Below are positions 19,535 to 28,884 of a stretch of 63,172 bases of DNA, piece by piece (positions within the stretch are counted from its first letter, which is position 1; each line of letters begins with the position of its first letter). Under the pieces are notes generated by a model. That model ran no database searches. It was not told the origin of the DNA and saw only the letters and a list, made by a program, of their open reading frames with translations. The position numbers and the translations under genes are program-made. The stretch is from a bacterium. Lineage in GTDB: Bacteria > Babelota > Babeliae > Babelales > JAUWHS01. Location of the stretch: the NCBI GenBank assembly GCA_043818275.1, contig JBDRFY010000062.1, positions 1-63,172 on the forward strand, in the 5' to 3' direction.

Positions 19535-19570
19535 CGTTTAGTCATTATTCGATAATAATTGTCAAAAATA

Positions 19571-20269
19571 TTAAGCCATCATTTGATATCTATGAGTTAC
19601 CTTACCGATAACTCTGAAATTATCTTTGCCTCTAACCAAAGCAACTGGTGCTTTTTTGTGGTTTACAGATTCAAGAACAACAAAATCATCCATGTAGTTA
19701 ATTTGCATAATCTCTTTTTGAGGATTTTGCTCATCACCGTATTCAACAGCAACGATATCTCCTGATTTTGTCCATAAACCTGGGCAAATAACCAAATAGT
19801 CTCCATTGACAAATCTTGGAGCTAAAGAGTTATCTTTAATAGATAAACAGAACATTGCATCTGCGTCTTTATTTCCATCATCTGCAAAAACAGGCACGAA
19901 TTTATCTTTGTAACCTGTTGTAGCCTGTAAAACCTGGTTGTTGTAAGCAGATGGTTGACTTGGAATTTGACCAACTACAGGAACAACCTTGATTTGTAAA
20001 TTTGCATTTGTTGAATCAAGATCCTGACCAATAAACTGCAATCTACTATCAACGTTATCTGTTCTCTCTTTTCTAAAAGAAAAAAGATCTGTTGGTTCAA
20101 TTTCAAACGCCCTGGATAGTTTATCTAAAGCATCCTCATTCCAACGTCTTGTTCCGTTTTTAATGTGAGTCAAATAACTTTCAGACATACCGGTTTTTTC
20201 AGCTAAAACTTTGGTAGTCCATCGTCTTTCACGAAGAAGTTCTCTGACACGTAATGCTGTGGTTTTCAT
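19571..20269 (-). CDS. XRE-family HTH plus S24 (LexA/CI-like) peptidase-domain regulator, paralog 1
   Basis: The N-terminal HTH is LAEKTGMSESYLTHIKNGTRRW. The C-terminal S24-like part has DNSLAP...GDYLV...VIGKV. The start is at MKTT, preceded by GGAGG. Confidence 0.7.
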   Translation of the reverse strand: MKTTALRVRELLRERRWTTKVLAEKTGMSESYLTHIKNGTRRWNEDALDKLSRAFEIEPTDLFSFRKERTDNVDSRLQFIGQDLDSTNANLQIKVVPVVGQIPSQPSAYNNQVLQATTGYKDKFVPVFADDGNKDADAMFCLSIKDNSLAPRFVNGDYLVICPGLWTKSGDIVAVEYGDEQNPQKEIMQINYMDDFVVLESVNHKKAPVALVRGKDNFRVIGKVTHRYQMMA

Positions 20270-20691
20270 AATAACCTCCAATCTAAAATATTAGCTAATA
20301 CCAAAAATTGCTAAATTTACATAATTTTAGCTTTCAAAAACTACTCGTCAGCTAACTTCATTAATCTCCAAAGAACAAAGATTTTTGTTTGTTTTTACCG
20401 TATTTTTCAATCTTTGTAACTAAATCTTATACAATTGGAAAATCGTCGTCAAACGCCTGGGGCTGAAACCTGCCGGTTTAAAGCTAAATTCTTTGTTTTT
20501 ATAAAAAAATTAAATTTAATTTTCGATAAAAAAAGTAAAAATGAGTACTTTTATAGAAAAAACATCAAAAATATAGCTATTAATTGATTAATAACCAATT
20601 TGAAATTAGTTTCAAAAAGAATAGAATTTAAATAAAAATAACCAATTATATTTCAAAACAATATAAAATTATCTTATTAAGATTTTTTAAG

Positions 20692-20717
20692 CCGCACAAA
20701 TTGCGCGGATTTTTTTT
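20692..20717. terminator. GC hairpin plus T-run at the 3' end of paralog 2 (the T-run is on the plus strand)
   Basis: ccgcacaaattgcgcgg is followed by tttttttt on the plus strand and preceded by an A-rich stretch. Confidence 0.4.
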
Positions 20718-21392
20718 CTATACAAATCTTTGATATCTATGAATTAATTTGCCAATAACCCTGAAATGATCCTTGCCCTTAATTAAGGCAACCGGAGATT
20801 GCTTATGATTTACAGACTCCAAAACGATAAATTCATCCATATAGGTTATTTGCATTATGGTTCGTACTGTATTTTCATTTCCATATTCAACCGCGGCAAC
20901 ATCTCCAGATCTGGTCCATTCCATAGGAGAAAAAATTAAATAATCTCCTTTTACAAAATTAGGAGCCATTAAATTATTACCAACATGATAACAAAAAAGG
21001 GAATCATCCAAACTATTAAAAACAGGAACAAAAATATCCTTAAACCCTGTAGTTACCTGTGTTACCTGATTATTATAAGGAGAAGGATCGGCAGGAATTT
21101 CACCAACAATGGGAACAATTCTTAATTGAAGGTCTACATCAATTGCTTGTGCAATTGAAACAGATTTTTCAACATCATCAGTTCTACTCTTTTTTTGAAC
21201 AAAAAGATCAACAGGATGCGCCCCAAAAGCATCTGCCAATTTTCTTAGAGCATCTTCGTTCCAACGACGAGTTCCATTTTTAATATGAGTTAAATAACTT
21301 TCTGAAAGACCCGTTTTTTCGGCCAAAACCTTGGTTGTCCACCCACGTTCCCGTAACAATTCTTTAACTCTTAATGATGTTGAGGTCGCCAT
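20718..21392 (-). CDS. XRE-family HTH plus S24-like domain regulator, paralog 2
   Basis: Highly similar to paralog 1 (LRVKELLRERGWTTKVLAEKTGLSESYLTHIKNGTRRWNEDAL). The start is at MATST (ATG at 21392), preceded by AAGGAGGG. Confidence 0.7.
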   Translation of the reverse strand: MATSTSLRVKELLRERGWTTKVLAEKTGLSESYLTHIKNGTRRWNEDALRKLADAFGAHPVDLFVQKKSRTDDVEKSVSIAQAIDVDLQLRIVPIVGEIPADPSPYNNQVTQVTTGFKDIFVPVFNSLDDSLFCYHVGNNLMAPNFVKGDYLIFSPMEWTRSGDVAAVEYGNENTVRTIMQITYMDEFIVLESVNHKQSPVALIKGKDHFRVIGKLIHRYQRFV

Positions 21393-21579
21393 ATGACCAC
21401 CCTCCTTTTTAACATTTTTATTTTCAATAATGACAACAAATAATAATGCCAGCATCATAGATTCTGTCAAATAGAAAACATATTGTATTTTGTAGCCAAG
21501 ACTTTTTGCTTTAGTTATAATTTGCAAAATATTTTTAAAATTTTTCATAATTACTCAAAAGTAATTCGAATAATAAAAA

Positions 21580-22326
21580 ATGCTGAAAAAAAATAAAAAA
21601 CTTAAATACCCTAAAAATTATTTTGAAAAAAAAGCCTGGCAAGAAAATTTATATGTTTGTGGTATTGATGAGGTTGGTCGTGGATGCTTTGCCGGACCGC
21701 TTGTAGTTAGCGCTGCAATTTTACCAATTAATACAAAACATAAATTACTTAAAGATTCAAAAGTTTTAACAGAACAGGAACGTGAACTTGCATATGAATG
21801 GTTAATTAAAAGATGTTTTTATTCAACAGCAATTATAAGTAACCAACAAATTGATAAAATAAATATTTATCAGGCCACAAAACTGGCCATGAAAAAAACG
21901 TTCTATCAAATTTTGCAAACAATTCCTTTTGATTCAAAAAAATTAAAATCTCTTTTAATTGATGCCATCCCGGTAGACCTGGAACAAATTTATAAAAAAG
22001 AAAATCTTGAAGTTTTTTCGATGAATTATGGCGAAAGCATTTCGACTTCAATTGCAGCTGCTTCAATTATTGCAAAAGTTACACGTGATAATTTAATGAA
22101 AAAAATACATAAAATATTTCCCTCTTTTAAGCTTGATCAACATAAAGGTTATGGAACTCAATTACATAGAAATTTAATTATAAATAATGGAATAAGTATT
22201 ATTCACAGAAAAACGTTTGTCTCAAGTACCATAACTCAAAATACCGCCATTCAAGCTTGCTTAACACAAAATACTTCGGTAGCCCAAAAGGAAAAAAATG
22301 ACAAACAAACAAGCTTATTTCGCTGA
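21580..22326 (+). CDS. rnhB: Ribonuclease HII
   Basis: GIDEVGRGCFAGPLV active-site motif and the KGYGT motif. Confidence 0.85.
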   Translation: MLKKNKKLKYPKNYFEKKAWQENLYVCGIDEVGRGCFAGPLVVSAAILPINTKHKLLKDSKVLTEQERELAYEWLIKRCFYSTAIISNQQIDKINIYQATKLAMKKTFYQILQTIPFDSKKLKSLLIDAIPVDLEQIYKKENLEVFSMNYGESISTSIAAASIIAKVTRDNLMKKIHKIFPSFKLDQHKGYGTQLHRNLIINNGISIIHRKTFVSSTITQNTAIQACLTQNTSVAQKEKNDKQTSLFR

Positions 22327-22993
22327 AGTTATCGAAAGTTCACTTGATAATTTTCTCGCTCAGTGTTGGCAATGGGATTTTTTTCCAGAATTTGGCTCCC
22401 TAATTCAGGCACAAAACGAAGATATATTAACTTTAGGAGTTGTAACCCAAATTCAAACAGGGTCTATGGATCCCATGCGATATCCATTCGCATATCAAAA
22501 AACAGAAGAAGAATTAATAGAACAACAACCACAAATATTTGAATTTTTAAAAACAACTTTTAAAGTTCAAATAATTGGTTTTGCAAATTCTAAAAAATCT
22601 CCCGTTCGTCCTGCGTGCCCATCGAAGTCCCGTTTCGAGGCGGGACGAAGACTGGAGGAACCCAAGGGGCATCTCGAAGGATATTCCGAAAAAAATAATT
22701 TTTATTATCATCTTCCGTCAAAACCTTGTAAAATCCACAGTTTTATAAAAAAAGCTGATAAAGAATTAAGCTCCCTTTTTTTTAGCAACCCTGATTTTTT
22801 ACATATGCTTTTTGGTTATTCAAGCCAAATAACAAATCTGGATGAATTATTAATAACTATTTTAAAAAATCTGAAAATAAACAATGAACTTACTTCTTCA
22901 AACCTTAGTAATTTCTGTCAGACATTCTCTATTTTGACAAATAATGACTATAGAAGAATGAAGTCATTTTTATGCAGAATAGAAAGTTTATAA
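22298..22993 (+). CDS. Hypothetical protein carrying an in-frame GC-rich repeat insertion
   Basis: 231-aa ORF overlapping the rnhB 3' end. Its residues SPVRPACPSKSRFEAGRRLEEPKGHLEGYS are encoded by the GC-rich island. Confidence 0.45.
   Translation: MTNKQAYFAEVIESSLDNFLAQCWQWDFFPEFGSLIQAQNEDILTLGVVTQIQTGSMDPMRYPFAYQKTEEELIEQQPQIFEFLKTTFKVQIIGFANSKKSPVRPACPSKSRFEAGRRLEEPKGHLEGYSEKNNFYYHLPSKPCKIHSFIKKADKELSSLFFSNPDFLHMLFGYSSQITNLDELLITILKNLKINNELTSSNLSNFCQTFSILTNNDYRRMKSFLCRIESL
22598..22688 (-). repeat. Family-1 module (long variant) inside a CDS, antisense to the mRNA
   Basis: The plus strand reads cccgttcgtcctg...gtcccgtttcgaggcgggac...ggcatctcgaagg, with termini matching the reverse complement of CCCTTCGAG...CAGGATGAACGGG. 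Confidence 0.7.
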
Positions 22994-23051
22994 AAATATT
23001 ACACAATAAGCCTTATTAACTAAAATAAACCTAAAAAAACAGGAATCATAA

Positions 23052-23942
23052 ATGTTTGGTTTAATAAAAGACAAATTTCAAAAAATATATGACGGTTTTA
23101 CAAAAAAAGCATTTTCAATATTTTCAAATAATAAACTTGATGAAAAATTTATAACAGAGCTCTACGCCCTTTTAATTTCTGCTGACACAGGCGTTGAAAC
23201 TACAAATCAATTAATTGAAAAATTAAAAAATGACATAGCCAATCAAAAAATTAGAAGCCTTGAACAAGCAAAAGAAGAGCTTGAAAAATTATTAATAAAT
23301 CATTTAAAAATTCATACTTCTATTGAATTAGAACCTAAAATATTACTTTTAGTTGGTGTCAATGGAAGCGGTAAAACAACGTTTGCCGCAAAAATTGCCA
23401 ATAAATTAAAAGAAAAAAATAAAAAAGTTTTATTAGTGGCTGGGGACACATTTCGGGCAGCTGCCACAGAACAACTAGATAATTGGGGCAAAAAAATCGG
23501 TGTTGAAGTTTTTATTGGTAAACAAAATCAGGATCCGGCCTCTGTTATATTTGATGCCTGCACATATTTTGAAAAACAAAAATTTGATCATATAATTATA
23601 GACACTGCAGGCAGACTTCAATCAAAAACTAATTTGATGAAAGAATTAGAAAAAATAAAAAAAATAATTTCAAAAAAACTGCAAAATACAAAAACAAGCA
23701 CCTGGCTGACAATTGACAGTATGTTAGGTCAAAATTCTTTAGCTCAGGCAGAAATTTTTAATGATGCAACACAGTTATCAGGAATTGTATTAACCAAGCT
23801 TGACGGTACCGCAAAAGGTGGTATCGTATTTTCTGTAACACAAAACCTTAAACTCCCAATAACATATGTGACATTTGGAGAAAAACTTGATGATATTTCA
23901 AAATTCAAACCAGAAGAATTTGTAACAAGTTTATTTGAATAA
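23052..23942 (+). CDS. ftsY: Signal recognition particle receptor FtsY
   Basis: GVNGSGKTTFAAKIA, DTAGRL and TKLDGTAKGG motifs. Confidence 0.9.
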   Translation: MFGLIKDKFQKIYDGFTKKAFSIFSNNKLDEKFITELYALLISADTGVETTNQLIEKLKNDIANQKIRSLEQAKEELEKLLINHLKIHTSIELEPKILLLVGVNGSGKTTFAAKIANKLKEKNKKVLLVAGDTFRAAATEQLDNWGKKIGVEVFIGKQNQDPASVIFDACTYFEKQKFDHIIIDTAGRLQSKTNLMKELEKIKKIISKKLQNTKTSTWLTIDSMLGQNSLAQAEIFNDATQLSGIVLTKLDGTAKGGIVFSVTQNLKLPITYVTFGEKLDDISKFKPEEFVTSLFE

Positions 23943-23962
23943 AAAATAGAAGGAGAAGTTAA

Positions 23963-24898
23963 ATGGAAAAAAAAATTATCCTAATAATAATTCTTACAAT
24001 CTTCATCTCACATTCCGGTTTTGCAAGGGTTGGATCAATAGGATTACAAAAAACTAAAAATTCAGTTATTGACGCATTAAAAAATAGTCAAAAATTAGAT
24101 AAAAATGCTTTCACAAGATTCGTAGAAGACACAAAACAAAAAAAAGAAACCGATCCCAAAAATCAACTGGCTGACATTATAACTGCTTGTGAAGGATCTA
24201 CAATAAAAGGCCTTTCGGTGTACACATCAAAAATAGAAAAAGAAGCAACTGAGCAAATAGAATATTCTGAAGATTTAATTAATAATTTCATTAAACTGGC
24301 AAATCAATTTGCTTTAGTTGAATTAATGGAAAATGAAGAAATAAAAAGTAATTCAATTAATGCATTTTCCATCCTTAATGATTTAATTACACAAAATTAC
24401 AAAAACAAAGAAACATTTTTTACAGATTTTTCAAGTGATCTAAAGGAAGAACAACAAAACATAGAAGAGCAAATAAATATTCTAAACAAATTAAAAGATT
24501 TAAATGAAATTAAAGAAAACAATATAATTAATGAAAAATTACAAACCACTCTTTCAAGATTATATTTATTAAAAGATAATATTTATAAATTTATTGAAAA
24601 AGTAAATTTCCTTATAAGCAATTCTTTAAAACTTTTATCCGTCTGGTTAATGTTAAATAATCCAGAAACTAATGATAATATAAATGATAATATAATAGAA
24701 GAAGTTATTGATTCTGTTGTTGAAAATTTAATTGATGAAATCTCTGATACCCGTTCTATAAATATGCAAACAAAAACTATACAGGAACAAACAGAAGAAG
24801 ATATTCCAGAAATAATTTCAGGTTTACCACAAGAATCAAGTTCGACACCACCAATCGAGGCTGGAAATTCTTTAATGTTCAGACCATTTTATGCCTAA
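23963..24898 (+). CDS. Hypothetical secreted coiled-coil protein
   Basis: Signal peptide, then a charged, helical, low-complexity body. Confidence 0.4.
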   Translation: MEKKIILIIILTIFISHSGFARVGSIGLQKTKNSVIDALKNSQKLDKNAFTRFVEDTKQKKETDPKNQLADIITACEGSTIKGLSVYTSKIEKEATEQIEYSEDLINNFIKLANQFALVELMENEEIKSNSINAFSILNDLITQNYKNKETFFTDFSSDLKEEQQNIEEQINILNKLKDLNEIKENNIINEKLQTTLSRLYLLKDNIYKFIEKVNFLISNSLKLLSVWLMLNNPETNDNINDNIIEEVIDSVVENLIDEISDTRSINMQTKTIQEQTEEDIPEIISGLPQESSSTPPIEAGNSLMFRPFYA

Positions 24899-25784
24899 CC
24901 AAATAGCTTCAGAAATAAAAAATACATTATTAACTTGTAAATATTATCATGCATCTAATGCATCACAAGATGCGTGGTATCTTTTGCAGAAATTAACCGG
25001 TAAAAATAAAGCGCAATTATTAACAGAAACAATAATTAATCTGACACCAACACAAAAAAGAACATTATCAAAATGGCTAAAATTAATCACAAAAGATAAT
25101 AAACCTATTCAATACATCTTGGGTTCAATTCCATTTTGTAACGTTGAAATCCTGCTTAAACCGCCAATTTTAATTCCAAGACCCGAAACCGAATATATAT
25201 GCGACTGGATTATTAATAAATTAAAAAAAATAAATTTACAAAACTTACAAATTTTGGATCTGTGTTCCGGAACAGGTTGCATTGGTCTTGCAATTGCAAA
25301 AGAATTTAAAAATTATCAAATTACATGCACAGATATAAATCCAAAAGCAATTTCTTTAATTAAAAAAAATGCTATTCATAATAAAATAAAAAATGTAATA
25401 ATTATCAAATCTGATCTTTTTGAAAAATTAAAAAACAAAAAATATGACATTATAATAAGTAATCCACCATACATATCAGAAAAAGAGTGGCAAAACTTAG
25501 ATAAAAATATTACTTTATGGGAAGATAAAAACGCATTAGTTGCAAACCAAAATGGTTTGTTTATCATTAAAAAAATCATTAAAAATGCCCCTTTTCATAT
25601 TAAAAATAATGATTACTTACTAAAAAATAAAACTCCACAAATAATATTGGAAATTGGTCAGGATCAGGGCAAAGAAATAATTAAAATCATTCAGTCAGAA
25701 AAAACTTTAATAGCCAAAATATGCAAAGATTTGCAAAAAAATGACCGTTGGGTTGCAATTTCCTCTAAAAAAAGCTTTTTTTAG
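24891..25784 (+). CDS. prmC: Release-factor glutamine N5-methyltransferase (PrmC/HemK)
   Basis: LDLCSGTGCIGLA SAM motif and the NPPY catalytic motif. Confidence 0.8.
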   Translation: MPNQIASEIKNTLLTCKYYHASNASQDAWYLLQKLTGKNKAQLLTETIINLTPTQKRTLSKWLKLITKDNKPIQYILGSIPFCNVEILLKPPILIPRPETEYICDWIINKLKKINLQNLQILDLCSGTGCIGLAIAKEFKNYQITCTDINPKAISLIKKNAIHNKIKNVIIIKSDLFEKLKNKKYDIIISNPPYISEKEWQNLDKNITLWEDKNALVANQNGLFIIKKIIKNAPFHIKNNDYLLKNKTPQIILEIGQDQGKEIIKIIQSEKTLIAKICKDLQKNDRWVAISSKKSFF

Positions 25785-25957
25785 AATACCTCATTTTTGA
25801 CAATTCCAATTAATTCCTTTAGAGTTTTGTCTAACCTCAACTCAAACAAATTTGAATATCCAAAAGCTTTACAAAAAACAAAATACTTGATAAAAAAGCT
25901 TTTAAAATGTTATAAAAAATTAAAACTTAAAATTTAAAAATTAAAAAGGTAAATAGT

Positions 25958-26380
25958 ATGAAAATTGAAAGTAAGATTATAAATTCAACTTTTTTCGTTA
26001 TATTTATTGCTACAAGTTTAATAATAACTTCAAACATAAATTCAAAAAACAATTCCCCTTTCACATCAAAAATCAGCCTAATCTCTGATGCAAAACATGC
26101 TATTCAGGAAAAATTAGATTCCGAAAAAGATATTCATATGATTATTAGAACTTATGAATTAAAGGATGATAAAGTTCAGGCACAAACAAAGGTTCACTAT
26201 ACTTCTTACCGAAAAGAACCTTTATGTATATTTGAAGAAGTAAATGATTTGAGATTAGAAGGAAACAATTCAACTAAGTTTGTTTACAATAAATGTAAAA
26301 ACCCTAATCAAATAACACAGCTTTCTAAAAAATCAAAAAAACAACAATTTGCATTTGATGCACACGCTGATCACGCTTAA
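25958..26380 (+). CDS. Hypothetical secreted protein
   Basis: N-terminal hydrophobic signal or anchor; no recognisable domain. Confidence 0.4.
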   Translation: MKIESKIINSTFFVIFIATSLIITSNINSKNNSPFTSKISLISDAKHAIQEKLDSEKDIHMIIRTYELKDDKVQAQTKVHYTSYRKEPLCIFEEVNDLRLEGNNSTKFVYNKCKNPNQITQLSKKSKKQQFAFDAHADHA

Positions 26381-26397
26381 TTTTATTTTTAATAGTA

Positions 26398-26631
26398 ATG
26401 AAGACAAAAGATAATTACGAAGAAAAAAAAGTTTCAGATATTATACCCGCGTACATGTGTTCTGTATGCGGGTATCTTTATGATACAGAATCCGCACAAA
26501 GAGATCTTGAAAATAAAATCGTTCCGTTTCAGGATTTACCTACCGATTTTTTATGCCCTAATTGCGGTGTAAGAAGAGAACTCTTTGTTCCTGTCTATTC
26601 AGACAGAACTCCAGATATAATTAAAAAATAA
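26398..26631 (+). CDS. Rubredoxin-like protein
   Basis: YMCSVCGYLYD ... FQDLPTDFLCPNCG: two CxxC knuckles at rubredoxin spacing. Confidence 0.7.
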   Translation: MKTKDNYEEKKVSDIIPAYMCSVCGYLYDTESAQRDLENKIVPFQDLPTDFLCPNCGVRRELFVPVYSDRTPDIIKK

Positions 26632-26668
26632 TACAAAATCAATCTTATATATTTATAAAGGATCAGAA

Positions 26669-27625
26669 ATGAGTGAACAAAAAAACAATCGCCAGATTAC
26701 ATTTTGGGGAATTTTAAAAACATTATTTGTTTTAATGATAATTGTTCAATTTGTACCTATTCTTTTTTCTAATTTAAAAAAATCCCTGGAAGATACACTA
26801 AGCCCAAAACCTAAAATTGGTCATTTAACATTAAACGGTTTTATTGGAAACTCAACATTTTACGTAAAAAAAATTCGCTCATTTTTAAAAGATGAAGACA
26901 TTTTAGGTTTATTTATAAAAATTAGTTCTCCAGGAGGAGTTCCTGGCAGCAGTCAGGCAATTTTTAACGAACTAAAATTATTCAAAGCAAAAAAACCAAT
27001 TGTCATTTTAGTTGAAAATGTTTGTGCTTCTGCCGCATATTATGTTGCCGTTACAGGAAATACAATAATTTCACAACCTTCATCTTTGGTTGGAAGCATT
27101 GGAAGTTTTGCACAACTACCAAATATAAAAGGATTAATGGAGGACTGGAAAATAAAATTCAACTTCATTCAATCCGGAAAATACAAAACCGCGGGCAATC
27201 CATTCACAGAAACAACACCTCAAGAAAAAGAATACCTGCAACAAATATCTGATGATATATATCAACAATTTATTAATGATGTTGCTACATCAAGAAATCT
27301 TGACATAAAAGAAATTAATAAATGGGCTGACGGAAAAGTGTTTACAGGAACTCAGGCTTTAAAACTTAAACTTATTGATAAAATAGGATCCATGACAGAC
27401 GCAGTTGAGGAAATTAAAAAATTGGCCAAAATTCCGGAAACAGAAGAAATTAAATTTATAAAACAAAAGCCTCCTTCAGGAATTTTAAAATATTTGCAAA
27501 TGAAAGAAGAAGAAACTGATGATGAAGTAAATTTCTCAAATTCTTTTGCAAATTTTATCAATAATGTTTTAGATAAAGTATCTGAAAAACAACAAATAAA
27601 AGCCCAGACTCTTCATATTGGTTAA
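26669..27625 (+). CDS. sppA: Signal peptide peptidase SppA (36K type)
   Basis: N-terminal TM helix, ISSPGG and ASAAYYVA motifs, and a ClpP/crotonase-like S49 fold signature. Confidence 0.8.
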   Translation: MSEQKNNRQITFWGILKTLFVLMIIVQFVPILFSNLKKSLEDTLSPKPKIGHLTLNGFIGNSTFYVKKIRSFLKDEDILGLFIKISSPGGVPGSSQAIFNELKLFKAKKPIVILVENVCASAAYYVAVTGNTIISQPSSLVGSIGSFAQLPNIKGLMEDWKIKFNFIQSGKYKTAGNPFTETTPQEKEYLQQISDDIYQQFINDVATSRNLDIKEINKWADGKVFTGTQALKLKLIDKIGSMTDAVEEIKKLAKIPETEEIKFIKQKPPSGILKYLQMKEEETDDEVNFSNSFANFINNVLDKVSEKQQIKAQTLHIG

Positions 27626-27626
27626 T

Positions 27627-27660
27627 AAAAAAAGCCGGTAACTTTTACCGGCTTTTTTTA
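27627..27660. terminator. Bidirectional terminator between sppA and the Fis-type gene
   Basis: aaaaaagccggtaacttttaccggcttttttt. The hairpin overlaps the stop codon of the minus-strand gene. Confidence 0.75.
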
Positions 27661-27890
27661 TTATTTGCGATACCTAATTCTTCAATTTTTCGATATAAAG
27701 TACTACGACTTATACCTAAAACTTTGGCCGCTATAAAATAATTATTTTTAGTTTCATCTAAAACAACATCTATTAAATATTTTTCAACTTCTTTCATAAT
27801 TAAAGGATGAATATTCCCCTTTTGGTTTTTATCAATTGCCTCAACCATTTTTTTTACATTTCGCTTTAAAATTTCTTGCAAAGATGACAC
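27645..27890 (-). CDS. Fis-family helix-turn-helix DNA-binding protein
   Basis: 81 aa with the C-terminal AAKVLGISRSTLYRKIEELGI. Confidence 0.65.
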   Translation of the reverse strand: MSSLQEILKRNVKKMVEAIDKNQKGNIHPLIMKEVEKYLIDVVLDETKNNYFIAAKVLGISRSTLYRKIEELGIANNKKSR

Positions 27891-27903
27891 TTCACCATCT
27901 CCC

Positions 27904-28884
27904 TTAAGAATTAAGAAAGTGATTTAAATAAAAAAGATCTAACGAAAAAAAGGATGACCCTTTTTTAATCGAAAAATCAATGGTAAATAAAAAATCATAC
28001 GAATTTACTAAATTATTCAAATCAAACTGCTTATAATCTCTTTTTATAAAATTTGCGGGTAAACGAAAGCTCATTTTTCTCGCATTAATAAAATCTTTTT
28101 GATTTAAATATTTAACAACATAATATGCCCGCCAAATCTGATCCGACCAATAAAAAATCCAAAACATATCTGTGTAATCATTTCTCAAATCTTGCCAAAG
28201 ATTTAAAAATTCTTTTTCTTTTTTAGCAAAAAAAGCTTCTGACAAAAAATATAGTGATGGATTAGAACCAACAATCAAGGATATATATTCATTAAATTCT
28301 TTTAAGTCACGTATATTAATCAACTCAAGGTAATTAATCAGCATGCAAATAGAATCTAAAGAATGTGTTGAATTAGCAAAAAATTGACTGCTAACAATCT
28401 CTAATTTTTGAAAAGCAATTTTTTTATCAAACAAATCTAAAATTTTTAAAAAAACATCAAAATCAACATCCTGGATAATATCAATAAATTCAACAGTATC
28501 TGAATTAATTTGATTAATAACCTTTTCATCCTGAGAAAGAAATAATGATATAACGTGAGGACCCTGATAATTTGATAAAAAATCTAAAATCTCAATTTTA
28601 TTTTTTGCTGTCAGCTTATCTGAAAAATTAGACAGCCAGTAAAAATTACTTTGCCCCAAAAAACTTTGTTTTAATTCTGAGTAAAATAATGATTTATCTT
28701 TTAAATTCAAATCAATGTTTTTTAATGGAAATGGCAAATTATTTTGATTTTTTAATAAATCAAATAAATAACAAAAAAATAAAATTGGGTACTCTTGCCC
28801 AATAAAACAAAAAATTTTTTTATGTGATTTAAAAAAATTTTTCTTAGCTTTTCTTATAAAATCTTCAAATTTGATCAGTTTCAT
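27904..28884 (-). CDS. holA: Putative DNA polymerase III delta subunit
   Basis: 326 aa. Called mainly from its position directly downstream of an LptE-like lipoprotein gene, the conserved lptE-holA arrangement. Sequence recognition is weak. Confidence 0.35.
   Translation of the reverse strand: MKLIKFEDFIRKAKKNFFKSHKKIFCFIGQEYPILFFCYLFDLLKNQNNLPFPLKNIDLNLKDKSLFYSELKQSFLGQSNFYWLSNFSDKLTAKNKIEILDFLSNYQGPHVISLFLSQDEKVINQINSDTVEFIDIIQDVDFDVFLKILDLFDKKIAFQKLEIVSSQFFANSTHSLDSICMLINYLELINIRDLKEFNEYISLIVGSNPSLYFLSEAFFAKKEKEFLNLWQDLRNDYTDMFWIFYWSDQIWRAYYVVKYLNQKDFINARKMSFRLPANFIKRDYKQFDLNNLVNSYDFLFTIDFSIKKGSSFFSLDLFYLNHFLNS

Noticed and set aside
19571-21392. Prophage remnant suggested by two CI/LexA-like repressors
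   Set aside because: There are no integrase, structural, lysis or other phage genes nearby, and no att-like repeats were seen. The flanks are rpsF and rnhB.
21393-21548. 52-codon N-terminal extension of XRE-S24 paralog 2 (MKNFKNILQ...)
   Set aside because: A strong AAGGAGGG site precedes the internal ATG at 21392. Paralog 1 aligns from that point, and the extension is AT-rich promoter-like DNA shared with the divergent rnhB.
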